DNA of 64,000 nt from Aulosira sp. ZfuVER01 (lineage in GTDB: Bacteria > Cyanobacteriota > Cyanobacteriia > Cyanobacteriales > Nostocaceae). The stretch covers positions 32,001 to 96,000 of the forward strand of contig JAVRCV020000048.1 of NCBI GenBank assembly GCA_034530615.2, written 5' to 3'. Numbering within the stretch: the stretch's first letter is position 1; the number at the start of each line of letters is the position of its first letter. The notes beneath the pieces are model-generated. The model was not told the origin of the DNA. It did no database searches and saw only the letters and a program-made list of their open reading frames with translations. Both the position numbers and the translations under genes were made by a program. Of this stretch, positions 1 to 10,235 are shown one piece after another.

Positions 1-207
1 TGACGGGGGTGAATAATAATCCCTTACAAAGTGTGATGGGGGTTTTATTTATGAGTATATTGGCTTGGTGGATGTGGGGGAGGAAAGTTAAGAGTTAAGG
101 TATATAAAGAGGCACAGGCGATTTTTTCAATTTGCACAAAATGTGTTTGATATTAAAACATTTGTAGCTGTGATGTTGTTAGTAAAGATTGCCAAGGAGA
201 ACAAACA

Positions 208-435
208 ATGATAGAACCAGTCATTTTACAAAAATTAGAAGAACTCCCTGAGTCTCTTCAGACAGAAGTGCTTCATTACATTGAGTTTTTGATAGAGAAG
301 CACGCTAAAAAATCTACCCAAGAAAAGCCGAAAAAAAAACTTCGTGTTGCAGGCACGATGAAAGAAATGTTTGTTCTGCCACTACCTAATGACTTTGATG
401 AGCCGCTTGAGGATATGAAAGAATATATGGAATGA
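208..435 (+). CDS. DUF2281-family antitoxin (VapB-like)
   Basis: 75 aa, 'LEELPESLQTEVLHYIEFL...LPNDFDEPLEDMKEY' typical of DUF2281; overlaps the downstream PIN gene by 4 nt (ATGA); RBS aaggag. Confidence 0.85.
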   Translation: MIEPVILQKLEELPESLQTEVLHYIEFLIEKHAKKSTQEKPKKKLRVAGTMKEMFVLPLPNDFDEPLEDMKEYME

Positions 436-818
436 ATAGATTACTCTTGGATACTCATGCTTTAATATGGTTTGTCTCGAATGATACAAACTTGCCAGTT
501 TCAACTAAAGAAAAGATTGAATCTGCTGAAACTGTTTTCTTCAGCATTGCCAGTCTTTGGGAGATGGCGATTAAACTCAACATTGGAAAACTAGCCCTAC
601 AGGGTCTTTTTGAAGATATTGAACCGCAACTGATTGCTGCGGGTATAACAATTCTCCCTATTACATTTACCGATACTATTCAATTCCGTTATTTACCCCT
701 GTATCATCGAGATCCGTTTGATCGGATTCTGGTAGCACAGGCGATGAATCATTGCCTCGTTTTAATTAGTCGCGATCCGGCTTTTGATGCCTATTCTATT
801 CAGCGGATGTGGTTATGA
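432..818 (+). CDS. vapC: PIN-domain VapC toxin
   Basis: LLLDTHALIW, SIASLWEMAIK and HRDPFDRILVAQA motifs. Confidence 0.92.
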   Translation: MNRLLLDTHALIWFVSNDTNLPVSTKEKIESAETVFFSIASLWEMAIKLNIGKLALQGLFEDIEPQLIAAGITILPITFTDTIQFRYLPLYHRDPFDRILVAQAMNHCLVLISRDPAFDAYSIQRMWL

Positions 819-1010
819 AAAAGGGAAAAACTTCCATTTCTTCGTAATGTGGCTGGCTGTATTTCAACCGTGCAGAATAAAACTGATTCCCTTTAATAGA
901 AATATCGACAGATACAGTATAAAATACCCGAATTCCGCAATATGGTGAAATAAGCTCAAAATATTATAATTTGCATCCTTTTAGCGCACTTGTCTCCCTA
1001 CAGAATTTAA

Positions 1011-1646
1011 TTAAACTGTTTCAACAACTGTTCCAACTACACAAGCCCTATCCAAATTCACACCGTTCAAATTCGCACCTTCTAACTCTGCACATAATAA
1101 ATTTGCGCCACTAAAATTCGCTCCTGCTAAATTTGCTCCACGTAAGTCGGCTTCTTCTAGATTTGCTTCACTTAATAATGCGCCTTGCAAATCAGCACGA
1201 CTCAAGTCTGCACCTTTAAGATTTGCTCCCGTCAGGTTAGCACCACGCAAGTCCGCACCGCGCAAATCAACGCCTTGCAAATTCACATTCATCAAATTGG
1301 CACCACTCAAGAAAGCACCTGCTAAAGCCACATCGCTGAGTGTCGCACCCATGAAGTTAGCACCGCGTAAATTGCTACCACGCAAATCCGCACCTGTTAA
1401 ATCTGCTTGCATCAGGTTTGCTCCCATGAGGTTTGCCCGTAAGTCAGTTGCTTGGAGATTGGCCCCCATCAAATTCGCGCCTTCTAAATGCCCACCTTCG
1501 AGTTTAGAACCAGTAAAATTGGTGCCGACAAGGGTAGCGCCTGCAAGATTAATGCGGCTTAAATCAAGCTGGCAGAGTTCCTCGTCTTCTAAATCTGCTC
1601 CTGGAAGTTGTTTGATATTTCCTAATTTAATGGCTTCAATATTCAT
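1011..1646 (-). CDS. Pentapeptide repeat protein
   Basis: Long A(D/N)LxG repeat run; overlaps the stop of the upstream gene. Confidence 0.95.
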   Translation of the reverse strand: MNIEAIKLGNIKQLPGADLEDEELCQLDLSRINLAGATLVGTNFTGSKLEGGHLEGANLMGANLQATDLRANLMGANLMQADLTGADLRGSNLRGANFMGATLSDVALAGAFLSGANLMNVNLQGVDLRGADLRGANLTGANLKGADLSRADLQGALLSEANLEEADLRGANLAGANFSGANLLCAELEGANLNGVNLDRACVVGTVVETV

Positions 1647-3034
1647 TGCAGGTAACTACCAATCTCCTCACTAGTCTTATTTTGACTATCCCATCGGGAA
1701 TCAATTAGCCACATTCCAGCAGTGACTTTAGTTTCTATTAAGGGCAAGTCGAGTCCCTGTTGCAAACCCATAACTAACAAAGCTAGGGTATCTAAAAGTT
1801 TAGGGTCAAAGCGGGTTGATTGTTGTTTGCATTCATCTAAAGCTTGAGTAAAAATTTCTTCGCGGCTTGCTTGAGATGATTTTTTCTGATTGACTCGCCA
1901 TTGAAAGTCTGCGACTAAGGCTAAAATTCTCGATTCTAGGGGAATTTCATCTCCAGCTAAACCTGCTGGCTCTCCTTTACCGTTCCACCACTCGGTTTGA
2001 TGAGTAATAATTTGAGCAACTGCTCGTAACCTGGGCATGGTTCGCAATACTTGTGCGCCTGGTACTAAGGGGCAGCTTAAAGGAATACTGGGAGTTTCTT
2101 CGTTGTAACGTGTAGAACTAGGCACAAGAATGCTTTCTGCTTTCTGTAACGGATCTATGCGGTGCAACAAAGCAGCAAGGCGCAATCTTTTAATCTGCCA
2201 TGCGGGGAGATTTAACAGCTGCCCAATTGTTTCTGAGAGGGCTACAACTTCCGCCGCTGCCATTGGGTTGTTGATATCCGCCAGATCCATCAATTGTGCC
2301 ATCCGCAAGAATGCTTGGATTTCATTGGAAACCAAGTTACGATCTAGCACTTGTTGACGCAGTGCTGTGGGAAGCGATAGATTTTCTTGCCCCGTCTGGA
2401 GGTAATCTACAACGCGGGAGACTACTGCGCTCAAGTCTTCTGGTGTCACAAGACTCGGCTGAATAGAATCTTTGTGAGCCGTCAGCTTGTCCGCTAGTTC
2501 GGAATTGTATGGTCTAATATGAGCGATCGCTAATTCGGCTGTTTCTCTAACTAACTCTGGCTCAAATGTCCATAAGCCATAGAATTTACGCTCTACATCT
2601 GATGCAGGTAGCCCGGCACTGCCATAATCAGCTTCCGATAATTCTTGACAAATTACCATTGCCCTGTATCTGGGTGACAAAATAATTAAATGCCACTCCT
2701 GAGCGACTGGGTCGGCTGGATTTAAGGCTACCAAGTCTACATTAGGTAGTAAGCTTGTGGGATGTTCGGCAAAACCAGCATCAGAGGCTGCCATAATCAC
2801 AATCTCATCGCTGTACTTAGCGATGTCTGCATATCTTTCTGCTTCCTGGAGATACCATTTACCTTGTTGGAAGGCAGTTATTACTAAAGGTTTCCCATCA
2901 TCTTGGAGGATGTGATCTTCCAAGGCATGACACAGGGCAACTAAAGTATTTTTGTAGTACACCCCAAATCGAATTGGTCTAGCACTACGGCGATGAATAC
3001 TATCTAACTGTTGGAGTATAGAGCCTTCTAACAT
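1643..3034 (-). CDS. DICT sensor + degenerate HD-GYP-like domain protein
   Basis: N-terminal YYKNTLVALCHALED/TAFQQGKWY/QEWHL (DICT); C-terminal HQTEWWNGKGEPAGLAGDEIPLESRIL. Confidence 0.85.
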   Translation of the reverse strand: MLEGSILQQLDSIHRRSARPIRFGVYYKNTLVALCHALEDHILQDDGKPLVITAFQQGKWYLQEAERYADIAKYSDEIVIMAASDAGFAEHPTSLLPNVDLVALNPADPVAQEWHLIILSPRYRAMVICQELSEADYGSAGLPASDVERKFYGLWTFEPELVRETAELAIAHIRPYNSELADKLTAHKDSIQPSLVTPEDLSAVVSRVVDYLQTGQENLSLPTALRQQVLDRNLVSNEIQAFLRMAQLMDLADINNPMAAAEVVALSETIGQLLNLPAWQIKRLRLAALLHRIDPLQKAESILVPSSTRYNEETPSIPLSCPLVPGAQVLRTMPRLRAVAQIITHQTEWWNGKGEPAGLAGDEIPLESRILALVADFQWRVNQKKSSQASREEIFTQALDECKQQSTRFDPKLLDTLALLVMGLQQGLDLPLIETKVTAGMWLIDSRWDSQNKTSEEIGSYLQ

Positions 3035-3512
3035 GGGGTTTAATCAAATGAACCGCAGAGGGGAGGAAGAAGATAAAGAATTTCTAATCTGTGTCTATTA
3101 CTCTTTTAAGTTTACTTTTCGAGGTACTAATTACGCTACAGACCAAAAATACTGATATTTTAGGAATTAATGTATCAATTAGTTGAAATACTATAAGAAA
3201 AACTGTGATAGCTACCACTAGTAAAATTTGCCTCTTGAGCAAAGGAGGTTTTTGCGATCGCGTCCAAAGCCTAAATAGTTAAGCGTGGCAAAAGTGAAGA
3301 AAGCACGTTTCCTCAACTATTCCACCTTTTGTAAGGAACGCCTTTACCCAAAGATACAGGCAAAATTTAGTTGTTGAAACTTTGATCGACTAGGGAAAGC
3401 GATCGCGAGTCTTCTAAGCTTAAGGCATTTTTAGTAGGGTATTTACTTAGTATAGGGGTTCTTTTTCTACTAATTAACTGGAGTAGGCAATTAGCCTACC
3501 CCATCTGAGTTA

Positions 3513-5102
3513 TCAAACACCTACCAAATATTTCTCGTTTTTCTCCATTGGTGCAGAAAGTGCTTCCTCTAAATCAGCACACCCCAATTTCTCTTCCAAG
3601 ATTTTCATGACTTCGCGGCCAAAGTCATTAGGGTTTTGTTGCCAAGCTTGCAAGCAGACTTCTCCAAAAAATGAACCAAGGGGTTCGGGATTCCAAAGAA
3701 GTTTTTTGGCTGTCCACGGCATTAAGCTCATAGGATTGTACCCCGGTTTGAGGATGCCCTGTTTAAAGGCATATTCTTCTAAGTGGGTATGGGGTTGTAG
3801 CCCAATAAAGAAAATGGCAGGTTCGACTTTATCAGCGCCAAAAATCCGTTCGAGTTCGCGGTGGTAGGCGATGGTTTGGCGTATGGTTTCGGGACGTTCG
3901 TCAATCACGTTAAAGGAGTAGTTGACGGAAACTAAGTCGTTGAAACCAGCTGCTTTTAAATCGCGACAGTTTTGCAACACGTTTCGCAGGTTATACCCCA
4001 TGCGCATTTTCCGCACGAGTTCCTGAGAACCACTGGTAATACCGATTTCAAAGTAGTTCATCCCGGTTTTCGCCATTAAGTCGCACAACTGGGGTGTTAG
4101 GTTGTCGGCTCTGATGTATGCTGCCCAGTAGATATCTGTCATCCCAGAATCGACAATTTTTTGGAGAAGTTCTACTGCATCATCGATAAATTTTCTGGCG
4201 GGGATGAATTGGGCATCAGTAAACCAAAAGTTGCGAATGCCGCGATTATATAATTGACGCATCTCAGCTACAACTTCATCTGCTGGGTTAATGCGTACCT
4301 GTTTGCCTTCAACCACAGTGTAAACACAATAACAGCAGTTATGAGGACATCCGCGTTTGGTTTGAACACCAATATAGAAGTCTTGTCCTTGCAGGTAGTA
4401 GTTAAATTCCGGCCAGATGCTTTCAATATAGTCGTAGTTACAAGCAGTTTTTTCTAGGGGAGTGGGTTGTTCGTGAATCAAGCGTTGTCGTGGTTGAGTT
4501 TCTCCGACTACATAACAGCGTTCATCACGAAACTCTTTACCTCGTAAAAATTTTTCTAACAAAGTTTCCCCTTCACCCACAGAGATAATTGTCCCTGGAG
4601 GTAAGCTTTTACCCAACTGTTCGTAAAATACGCTAACTGCACCACCACCGACAATTGCACGGGCAGCTTTTTCATACTTTTGGGCGCGTTGTAAACCGCG
4701 TTTAATCAAGCCCAGATTCCGCCATAACTCTACGTAGTAAGCGATGAAAATTCGCAGTCCACCCAAGGCCCCGCGTAATTTCACTAGGGGATTCTTCGCA
4801 TAGTAAAATTCAAAGGCATTTTGTAAAGGGTTTCCGCCACGACCACCAACTGGGGCGTATATTTGGATATCTCGCCAAGAGAATACCAGCAGTGTTGGTT
4901 TAAATTCATCGATACAACGCTCTAGAGCTTGGGCATAATCTAAAGGTGGTACACAGCCCAAATCGAAGATGCGTTGTTCAATATTAGGAAACTGTTTGTG
5001 TACGTGATCGCTTAGGTAGACAACCCCAATAGGAAAGATGGGGTTACAGGGAAGGCGAACGTAAAGAATTCGATTTTCCATTGTGCTTGCTTTAACTGCC
5101 AT
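3513..5102 (-). CDS. B12-binding-like radical SAM protein (cyanobacterial PSII high-light acclimation, Slr0320-like)
   Basis: QTKRGCPHNCCYC CxxxCxxC motif; N-terminal LPCNPIFPIGVVYL. Confidence 0.85.
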   Translation of the reverse strand: MAVKASTMENRILYVRLPCNPIFPIGVVYLSDHVHKQFPNIEQRIFDLGCVPPLDYAQALERCIDEFKPTLLVFSWRDIQIYAPVGGRGGNPLQNAFEFYYAKNPLVKLRGALGGLRIFIAYYVELWRNLGLIKRGLQRAQKYEKAARAIVGGGAVSVFYEQLGKSLPPGTIISVGEGETLLEKFLRGKEFRDERCYVVGETQPRQRLIHEQPTPLEKTACNYDYIESIWPEFNYYLQGQDFYIGVQTKRGCPHNCCYCVYTVVEGKQVRINPADEVVAEMRQLYNRGIRNFWFTDAQFIPARKFIDDAVELLQKIVDSGMTDIYWAAYIRADNLTPQLCDLMAKTGMNYFEIGITSGSQELVRKMRMGYNLRNVLQNCRDLKAAGFNDLVSVNYSFNVIDERPETIRQTIAYHRELERIFGADKVEPAIFFIGLQPHTHLEEYAFKQGILKPGYNPMSLMPWTAKKLLWNPEPLGSFFGEVCLQAWQQNPNDFGREVMKILEEKLGCADLEEALSAPMEKNEKYLVGV

Positions 5103-5542
5103 CTTGCCGTTCTTCTGGGGAAAGAAAGTGAAATAAACATCCAGTGTTTAACTGTATGTATTGATTTTGTCTGCTCTGTGCGATCGCGCTTGACATTGCC
5201 TATCATTAGGCATCGCATCCATCAGAGCAGTTTTATGAAGATATTTTTCATATAGCTTTACCATAACATTGAGCTTATTCATTAAGCGATGATTCTCATC
5301 TGTGACTCTTGCGAATAGAGGGAACAAAAACCTCACTTCTACTTTGAGGAATAGCTTAGGGGATCGTTACCATGCCATACCCCCTATTTATCTTGATTCA
5401 AAAATTTATAGGTGTTTTATCAAAGAATGAATATAAAAAAATTCCTTTATAGTGTATAATTGTAAAAAAATCATAGATATTTACAAAAATTTCATATTGG
5501 ATACCTATCTTTAGATAGAAATAATGCAGAAATGTGCAGTTG

Positions 5543-5585
5543 GTAGTCGGAGTTACAGCTTGTGGGGATCGCCCAGTGTTAGTTT
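5543..5585 (+). promoter_or_regulatory. Candidate NtcA class II promoter of the DUF1830 gene
   Basis: GTAgtcggagtTAC (5543-5556), 23-nt spacer, TAGTTT (5580-5585), 44 nt before ATG. Confidence 0.5.
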
Positions 5586-5629
5586 TGCTGGTGTAATGTA
5601 AAATTGTGGCGTAAAGCTCCTCAGCAGTT

Positions 5630-6025
5630 ATGGCTCAAATACTAGATCCTCTACCACCTGAGCAATCGGGGAAAATTCTCTGCTGCTACATGAATGCCAC
5701 GAGCAAAATCCAGGTTGCCCGCATCACCAATATTCCCAATTGGTACTTTGAAAGGGTTGTCTTTCCTGGACAGCGCCTCGTGTTTGAAGCCCCTCAAGAA
5801 GCTCAAATGGAGATTCATACGGGGATGATGGCAAGTGCAATTTTATCGGACACAATTCCGTGTGTTCGTCTTGCAATCAATGAGCCTGGTACTCATGAGT
5901 TGGGTAGCAACTCAGAAGTAGCCCTAGACTCTATTAATACAAAACCAATGGTGCAGCCAATTAATACAAAAACTGAAGATACAACAAAACCCTTAACAAT
6001 AGCTGGTTTAGCATCAGTTGATTAA
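5630..6025 (+). CDS. DUF1830 domain protein
   Basis: YMNATSKIQVARITNIPNWYFERVVFPGQRLVFEAP. Confidence 0.85.
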   Translation: MAQILDPLPPEQSGKILCCYMNATSKIQVARITNIPNWYFERVVFPGQRLVFEAPQEAQMEIHTGMMASAILSDTIPCVRLAINEPGTHELGSNSEVALDSINTKPMVQPINTKTEDTTKPLTIAGLASVD

Positions 6026-6045
6026 AAAAAATTTTCTCAAAATTA

Positions 6046-6073
6046 AAGGTTGCTGAATTCAGCAACCCTTTTT
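6046..6073 (+). terminator. Rho-independent terminator
   Basis: GGTTGCTG-aatt-CAGCAACC followed by a T run, after the DUF1830 stop. Confidence 0.75.
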
Positions 6074-6165
6074 GTTGGTTAGTCATTTGTCATTTGTCAT
6101 TTCTCCCCCTGCTCCCCCATACCCCTCATCTTCCCTAGTGCCCTCTGTGCTCTACAATCATTGGT

Positions 6166-6627
6166 ATGAATTTGCCTTCTTTTCTTTGGTTGTGGAAAAT
6201 AGCTGCTTGGTCGATGGGGTTATCCTTACTGGCATATCTAATGTTAGCGACCACGGGCTTTTGGATGTTTCAAGCGAGAACCTCCCAACACCCTCCTAGT
6301 TTCCCGTTGTTGAATAGAGGACACGACGGGATGCGATCGCTTCACTATGCGATTGGCATAAGCATGGTCAGTTTAGTGCTACTACTACTGGCAATTGGCA
6401 TTATTGGCACGTTGGGTCATTTTGGTTCTTTGGGACAATCCTCACACTTGGTTGCAGGATTAGTAGTAGTAGTATTAGTTTTGCTTTCTGCTGTCAGTGC
6501 TACACAAATAAGCGTGGAAAAACCTTGGGTTAGAAATTTGCACGTGGGAATAAATATTATTCTGTTTATAGGTTTTGCTTGGGTATCACTTACTGGTTGG
6601 AGTGTAGTACAAAAGTATTTGCCTTAA
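6166..6627 (+). CDS. DUF4079-like membrane protein
   Basis: About 4 TM segments with conserved His residues; MNLPSFLWLWKIAAWSMG start. Confidence 0.75.
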   Translation: MNLPSFLWLWKIAAWSMGLSLLAYLMLATTGFWMFQARTSQHPPSFPLLNRGHDGMRSLHYAIGISMVSLVLLLLAIGIIGTLGHFGSLGQSSHLVAGLVVVVLVLLSAVSATQISVEKPWVRNLHVGINIILFIGFAWVSLTGWSVVQKYLP

Positions 6628-6770
6628 TTTCTCGCTAATCTCGGCTAGGCGATCGCTAATTTTATCAAGAGCAAATTTAGGGAACCTTCTCCAAACATTA
6701 GCATCAAAGACTGAATGCGCCTCCAGTTCCTAGATAAGATGAAATTAAAGTAACCAAGCGTGATTGAGCC

Positions 6771-7304
6771 GTGACAGCTTCTATTTTCCATCTTTCGCCG
6801 TTGATTCGGATAACGCTGTTGAGTTTATATTTAGCACTCACAGTACCATTACCTTTTTTGGCCCAAGCAACAGCCGCACCCATACCACCAGCGTTATTGT
6901 GGTTAGGAATTACCATCGGTCTACTCGCCTTGTATGCAGTATTAACTGAACGAGTTATCTTAGACGACCAGGGAATTCAGGTGACTTATCCAGTTTGGGT
7001 ACCGCGTTTTTTTCGTAAAGGTTGGTCTTTGGCTTGGTCTGAGGTGAAAGAGTTAAAACCTCGCACTACTGGTCAAGGAGGTATAGTATATTATTTCCTC
7101 AGTCAGGAAGGAAAAGCTTATTTATTACCGATGCGTGTAGTTGGATTTGCGCAACTAGTCAGGCAAGTACAAGCAAAGACAGGTATTGACACCACAGATG
7201 TGCGTCCTTTAGCACAGCCTTGGATGTATTTGATTTTGCTAGGTTTCACATTATTATTGCTGTTGATAGATGCTTGGACTATCTCCACAGCCTTAAATCA
7301 GTGA
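6771..7304 (+). CDS. Conserved cyanobacterial membrane protein (PH-like soluble domain)
   Basis: 2 N-terminal TMs, soluble domain (PRTTGQGGIVYYF), C-terminal TM. Confidence 0.75.
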   Translation: MTASIFHLSPLIRITLLSLYLALTVPLPFLAQATAAPIPPALLWLGITIGLLALYAVLTERVILDDQGIQVTYPVWVPRFFRKGWSLAWSEVKELKPRTTGQGGIVYYFLSQEGKAYLLPMRVVGFAQLVRQVQAKTGIDTTDVRPLAQPWMYLILLGFTLLLLLIDAWTISTALNQ

Positions 7305-7350
7305 ACCCTGAACCTAATTCTTCATTTCTATAAGGTTAAGTACATCAAAG

Positions 7351-8139
7351 TTGAACTTGGATAATGTCACCCCAAAAGCCATACTCCGGCTAGAGCAAGT
7401 CAATCTGTTTACGAAGCTCAAAACCCAAATTTCTAGGAACCATCAAGGATATCCCATATTACAGGATATTGCTTTTGAGCTATTCCCAGAGGAGCGCATT
7501 GCCATTGTCGGTTCATCGGGTGCAGGGAAAACAGTGTTGTTCAAGCTGATTAACCGCTTGATTGAACCTACTAGTGGCAAAATATTTCTGGAGAATCAGG
7601 AATATCGCCAAATTCCCATAGTCCAGTTACGCCAGGTAGTGACACTGGTCTTGCAAGAGTCTAAGCTTTTGGGGATGACAGTTGAGCAAGCATTGGCGTA
7701 TCCACTGGTTTTGCGTGGTTTACCCAAACAGACAATTCAGCAGCGAGTCAATGATTGGATAGAAAAACTGCGTATTCCCAGTGATTGGTTAGGAAAGACT
7801 GAAGTGCAACTTTCAGCTGGACAGCGACAGTTAGTAGCGATCGCACGTGCCTTAGTCATCCAACCTAAAATTTTATTATTAGACGAGCCAACCTCTGCCT
7901 TAGATGTTGGTACAGCTTCCCATCTGATGGAAGTCTTAACTCAGCTGGCTCCCACTCATCACACCACAATTTTGATGGTAAATCACCAGCTAGAGCTAGC
8001 ACAGTTATTTTGTACACGACTATTAAACTTACAGCAGGGTAGGTTGTTGGTAGATCAAACGGCCTCTGAGATAGACTGGATTAACTTACGAGCAAGCTTG
8101 ATGCACGCAGAAGCTCAAGTATCGGAAGAGTGGATTTAG
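7351..8139 (+). CDS. ABC transporter ATP-binding protein
   Basis: Walker A GSSGAGKT, signature LSAGQRQ, Walker B LLLDEPT. Confidence 0.92.
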   Translation: MNLDNVTPKAILRLEQVNLFTKLKTQISRNHQGYPILQDIAFELFPEERIAIVGSSGAGKTVLFKLINRLIEPTSGKIFLENQEYRQIPIVQLRQVVTLVLQESKLLGMTVEQALAYPLVLRGLPKQTIQQRVNDWIEKLRIPSDWLGKTEVQLSAGQRQLVAIARALVIQPKILLLDEPTSALDVGTASHLMEVLTQLAPTHHTTILMVNHQLELAQLFCTRLLNLQQGRLLVDQTASEIDWINLRASLMHAEAQVSEEWI

Positions 8140-8216
8140 TCAAGAGTCAATAGTAAATGGACATTTGTCCTTTCTCCCTTGCTCCCTGCTCCCCTGCTTT
8201 TTCTCCCTCATCTTCG

Positions 8217-8987
8217 CTATACACGTTGAGTACTAAGTGTTGAGCGTTGATTGCTAAATCTCTCTTTAGGCAACTTTGTTGGTGATTGGGGAATATTGGA
8301 ATTTAAAATTTCCATGTTAAATCGGTATCCGACATTACGGATGGTTTGAATTAAACTAGGTTGCCTAGGATCGAGTTCAACTTTTTTCCGCAGTGATAAA
8401 ACATGAGTATCAATAGTGCGCGGATTGTCAATCGCATCAGGCCATGCTCGTCGTAGCAATTCTGACCTAGATAGAGGCACTCCTCCAGCTTGAGCCAAAA
8501 CGTATAATAAACTAAATTCCTGGGGCGTTAAGTCAATAAACTCCCCTTGAAATCTTACCCGACGCTGCACTAAATCAATTTGCAGGGCACCATAATCTAG
8601 ATAAGCTGGTGCAACAGGTGTCCGGTTACGACGAATTAGTGCTTCTACCCTTGCTAAAAACTCTTGCATCCCAAAAGGTTTGCTCAAGTAATCATCTGCT
8701 CCCGCCTTTAAACCTGCGACAATATCAGCTTCATTAGTACGGGCAGAAAGCATGAGAATTAGAGGTTGTTGTTGACGGTTCAACCAACGACAAAACTCAA
8801 TACCATCACCATCAGGCAAATCAGCATCAAGAATTACTAGTGTCGGTTGCTGGCTCAAAAACACTTCCCTTGCTTGATATATGCTGGCGGCTTGGTGTAC
8901 CCGGTATTCCAACTGTTGTAAGTGCCAACCTAGCAACGACCTCAGATGAGGATTCCCCTCAACGATTTCAATACAAACCGAACCCAC
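8217..8987 (-). CDS. nrrA: OmpR-family response regulator NrrA (nitrogen-regulated)
   Basis: REC + winged helix; MGSVCIEIVEGNPHLRSLLGWHL N-terminus recognised as All4312/Rre37 type; NtcA promoter directly upstream. Confidence 0.88.
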   Translation of the reverse strand: MGSVCIEIVEGNPHLRSLLGWHLQQLEYRVHQAASIYQAREVFLSQQPTLVILDADLPDGDGIEFCRWLNRQQQPLILMLSARTNEADIVAGLKAGADDYLSKPFGMQEFLARVEALIRRNRTPVAPAYLDYGALQIDLVQRRVRFQGEFIDLTPQEFSLLYVLAQAGGVPLSRSELLRRAWPDAIDNPRTIDTHVLSLRKKVELDPRQPSLIQTIRNVGYRFNMEILNSNIPQSPTKLPKERFSNQRSTLSTQRV

Positions 8988-9019
8988 GGTGGCAAGACCC
9001 CTTAGCGTTGATGACTTTC

Positions 9020-9061
9020 AAAGTAACAAGCCCATGCCCAAGGTTTTGTAGCCTTTGTTAC
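9020..9061 (-). promoter_or_regulatory. NtcA-activated class II promoter of nrrA
   Basis: Minus strand GTAacaaaggcTAC (9061-9048), 22-nt spacer, TACTTT (TAN3T). Confidence 0.88.
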
Positions 9062-9541
9062 CCCAATCCCTATTGGCTTTAGATTTCCCGATAGCGATAT
9101 TGGCTAGAAGTTTAACTTATGCTTTGCCCCAAGCCGATTAGTAATATTCTTAAATTTTTGTTAGACTTATTGAAATTAGTTCTGCCTAAACATCCTAGCT
9201 CCTAAAAGCGGGTAATGTACCAAAACACTATGACAAAAAAAGCTCATCATTACCAAAGCTATCTTTCAGCCTTATGGTAACAGCAGATTGCGTCTTGCAG
9301 AAGTTGTTTTTGCCATCCCTCAGAAAAGCTAGGATGTTAAAAAACGGAATTATAAAAATAGCTTACCAATTAATCTTATTCCATGTTTTCTGGAATAGGA
9401 TCAAAATACGTTGTAGCTGCTGGAGGGTAATGCCCAAAGTAGAGATATTGATTTTGACTCCATGCCGAGGGGAAAGTGACACTTCACATTTCCGCGTGAA
9501 TCATTTACAATTCTCATTCCAAAGAGATTAATTCAGCAGTT

Positions 9542-9796
9542 ATGCTCCAAGACACACAAACCATCCGCTATTACCAAAGAATCACCGACGCCTTCGTCGA
9601 GTTATGGAATCGCGGTTATCGTATGGACGATATGCGGATGTATTTGGATGGATATTTAGCCGCGCTGAGACATGGGAACGCCATTGAACCTTATCTGATT
9701 CATCGTCTAGAAGAGGAAGCCAGCCGCTACTTGTACGATGCATCAAATTTTGCTATGACGCAACCAGAACCAGAACCACAACATGATTACTACTAA
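9542..9796 (+). CDS. Conserved small cyanobacterial protein (DUF6761-like)
   Basis: MLQDTQTIRYYQRITDAFVELWNRGY; divergent from nrrA. Confidence 0.8.
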   Translation: MLQDTQTIRYYQRITDAFVELWNRGYRMDDMRMYLDGYLAALRHGNAIEPYLIHRLEEEASRYLYDASNFAMTQPEPEPQHDYY

Positions 9797-10235
9797 CTAA
9801 TGCCTTTTCTTTGGTCATTGTTAGTAACCACTAATCAACGCAGATGATTATAACATATTACCTGCATTGATCAAGGGGTAGAGTGGTGTGGAATTTAGGA
9901 GATATTTCTTTGATAAAACATATCCCCCCAGTGAAGTTTTGGTTTTTCCTATGCACTGAGGGGATTTTTAGCACTACTACTGCTAAATTTCAGCGTCTAC
10001 AGGGGTTCTCAGTTGCGTGCAATCAATTTTGATAGGGTAAAAGGTAATAAGCTAGTACCGCTGCGCGGAAGTCAAAATACTTTGACGCGATCGCTCTCCA
10101 ATCTCATCTCATGTTCACGATGAAAAATTCCTGACTTAGCTGCATAAAATTTTGATAAACCTCTGATAAATTTATTGGTGTTTTGAGGTACGAAAAGGTT
10201 ATGGGGGAGTCATAGAGTTAACTTTTGAGCAAGCA

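Noticed and set aside
1297..1674. 125-aa plus-strand ORF
   Set aside because: Antisense shadow of the pentapeptide-repeat gene
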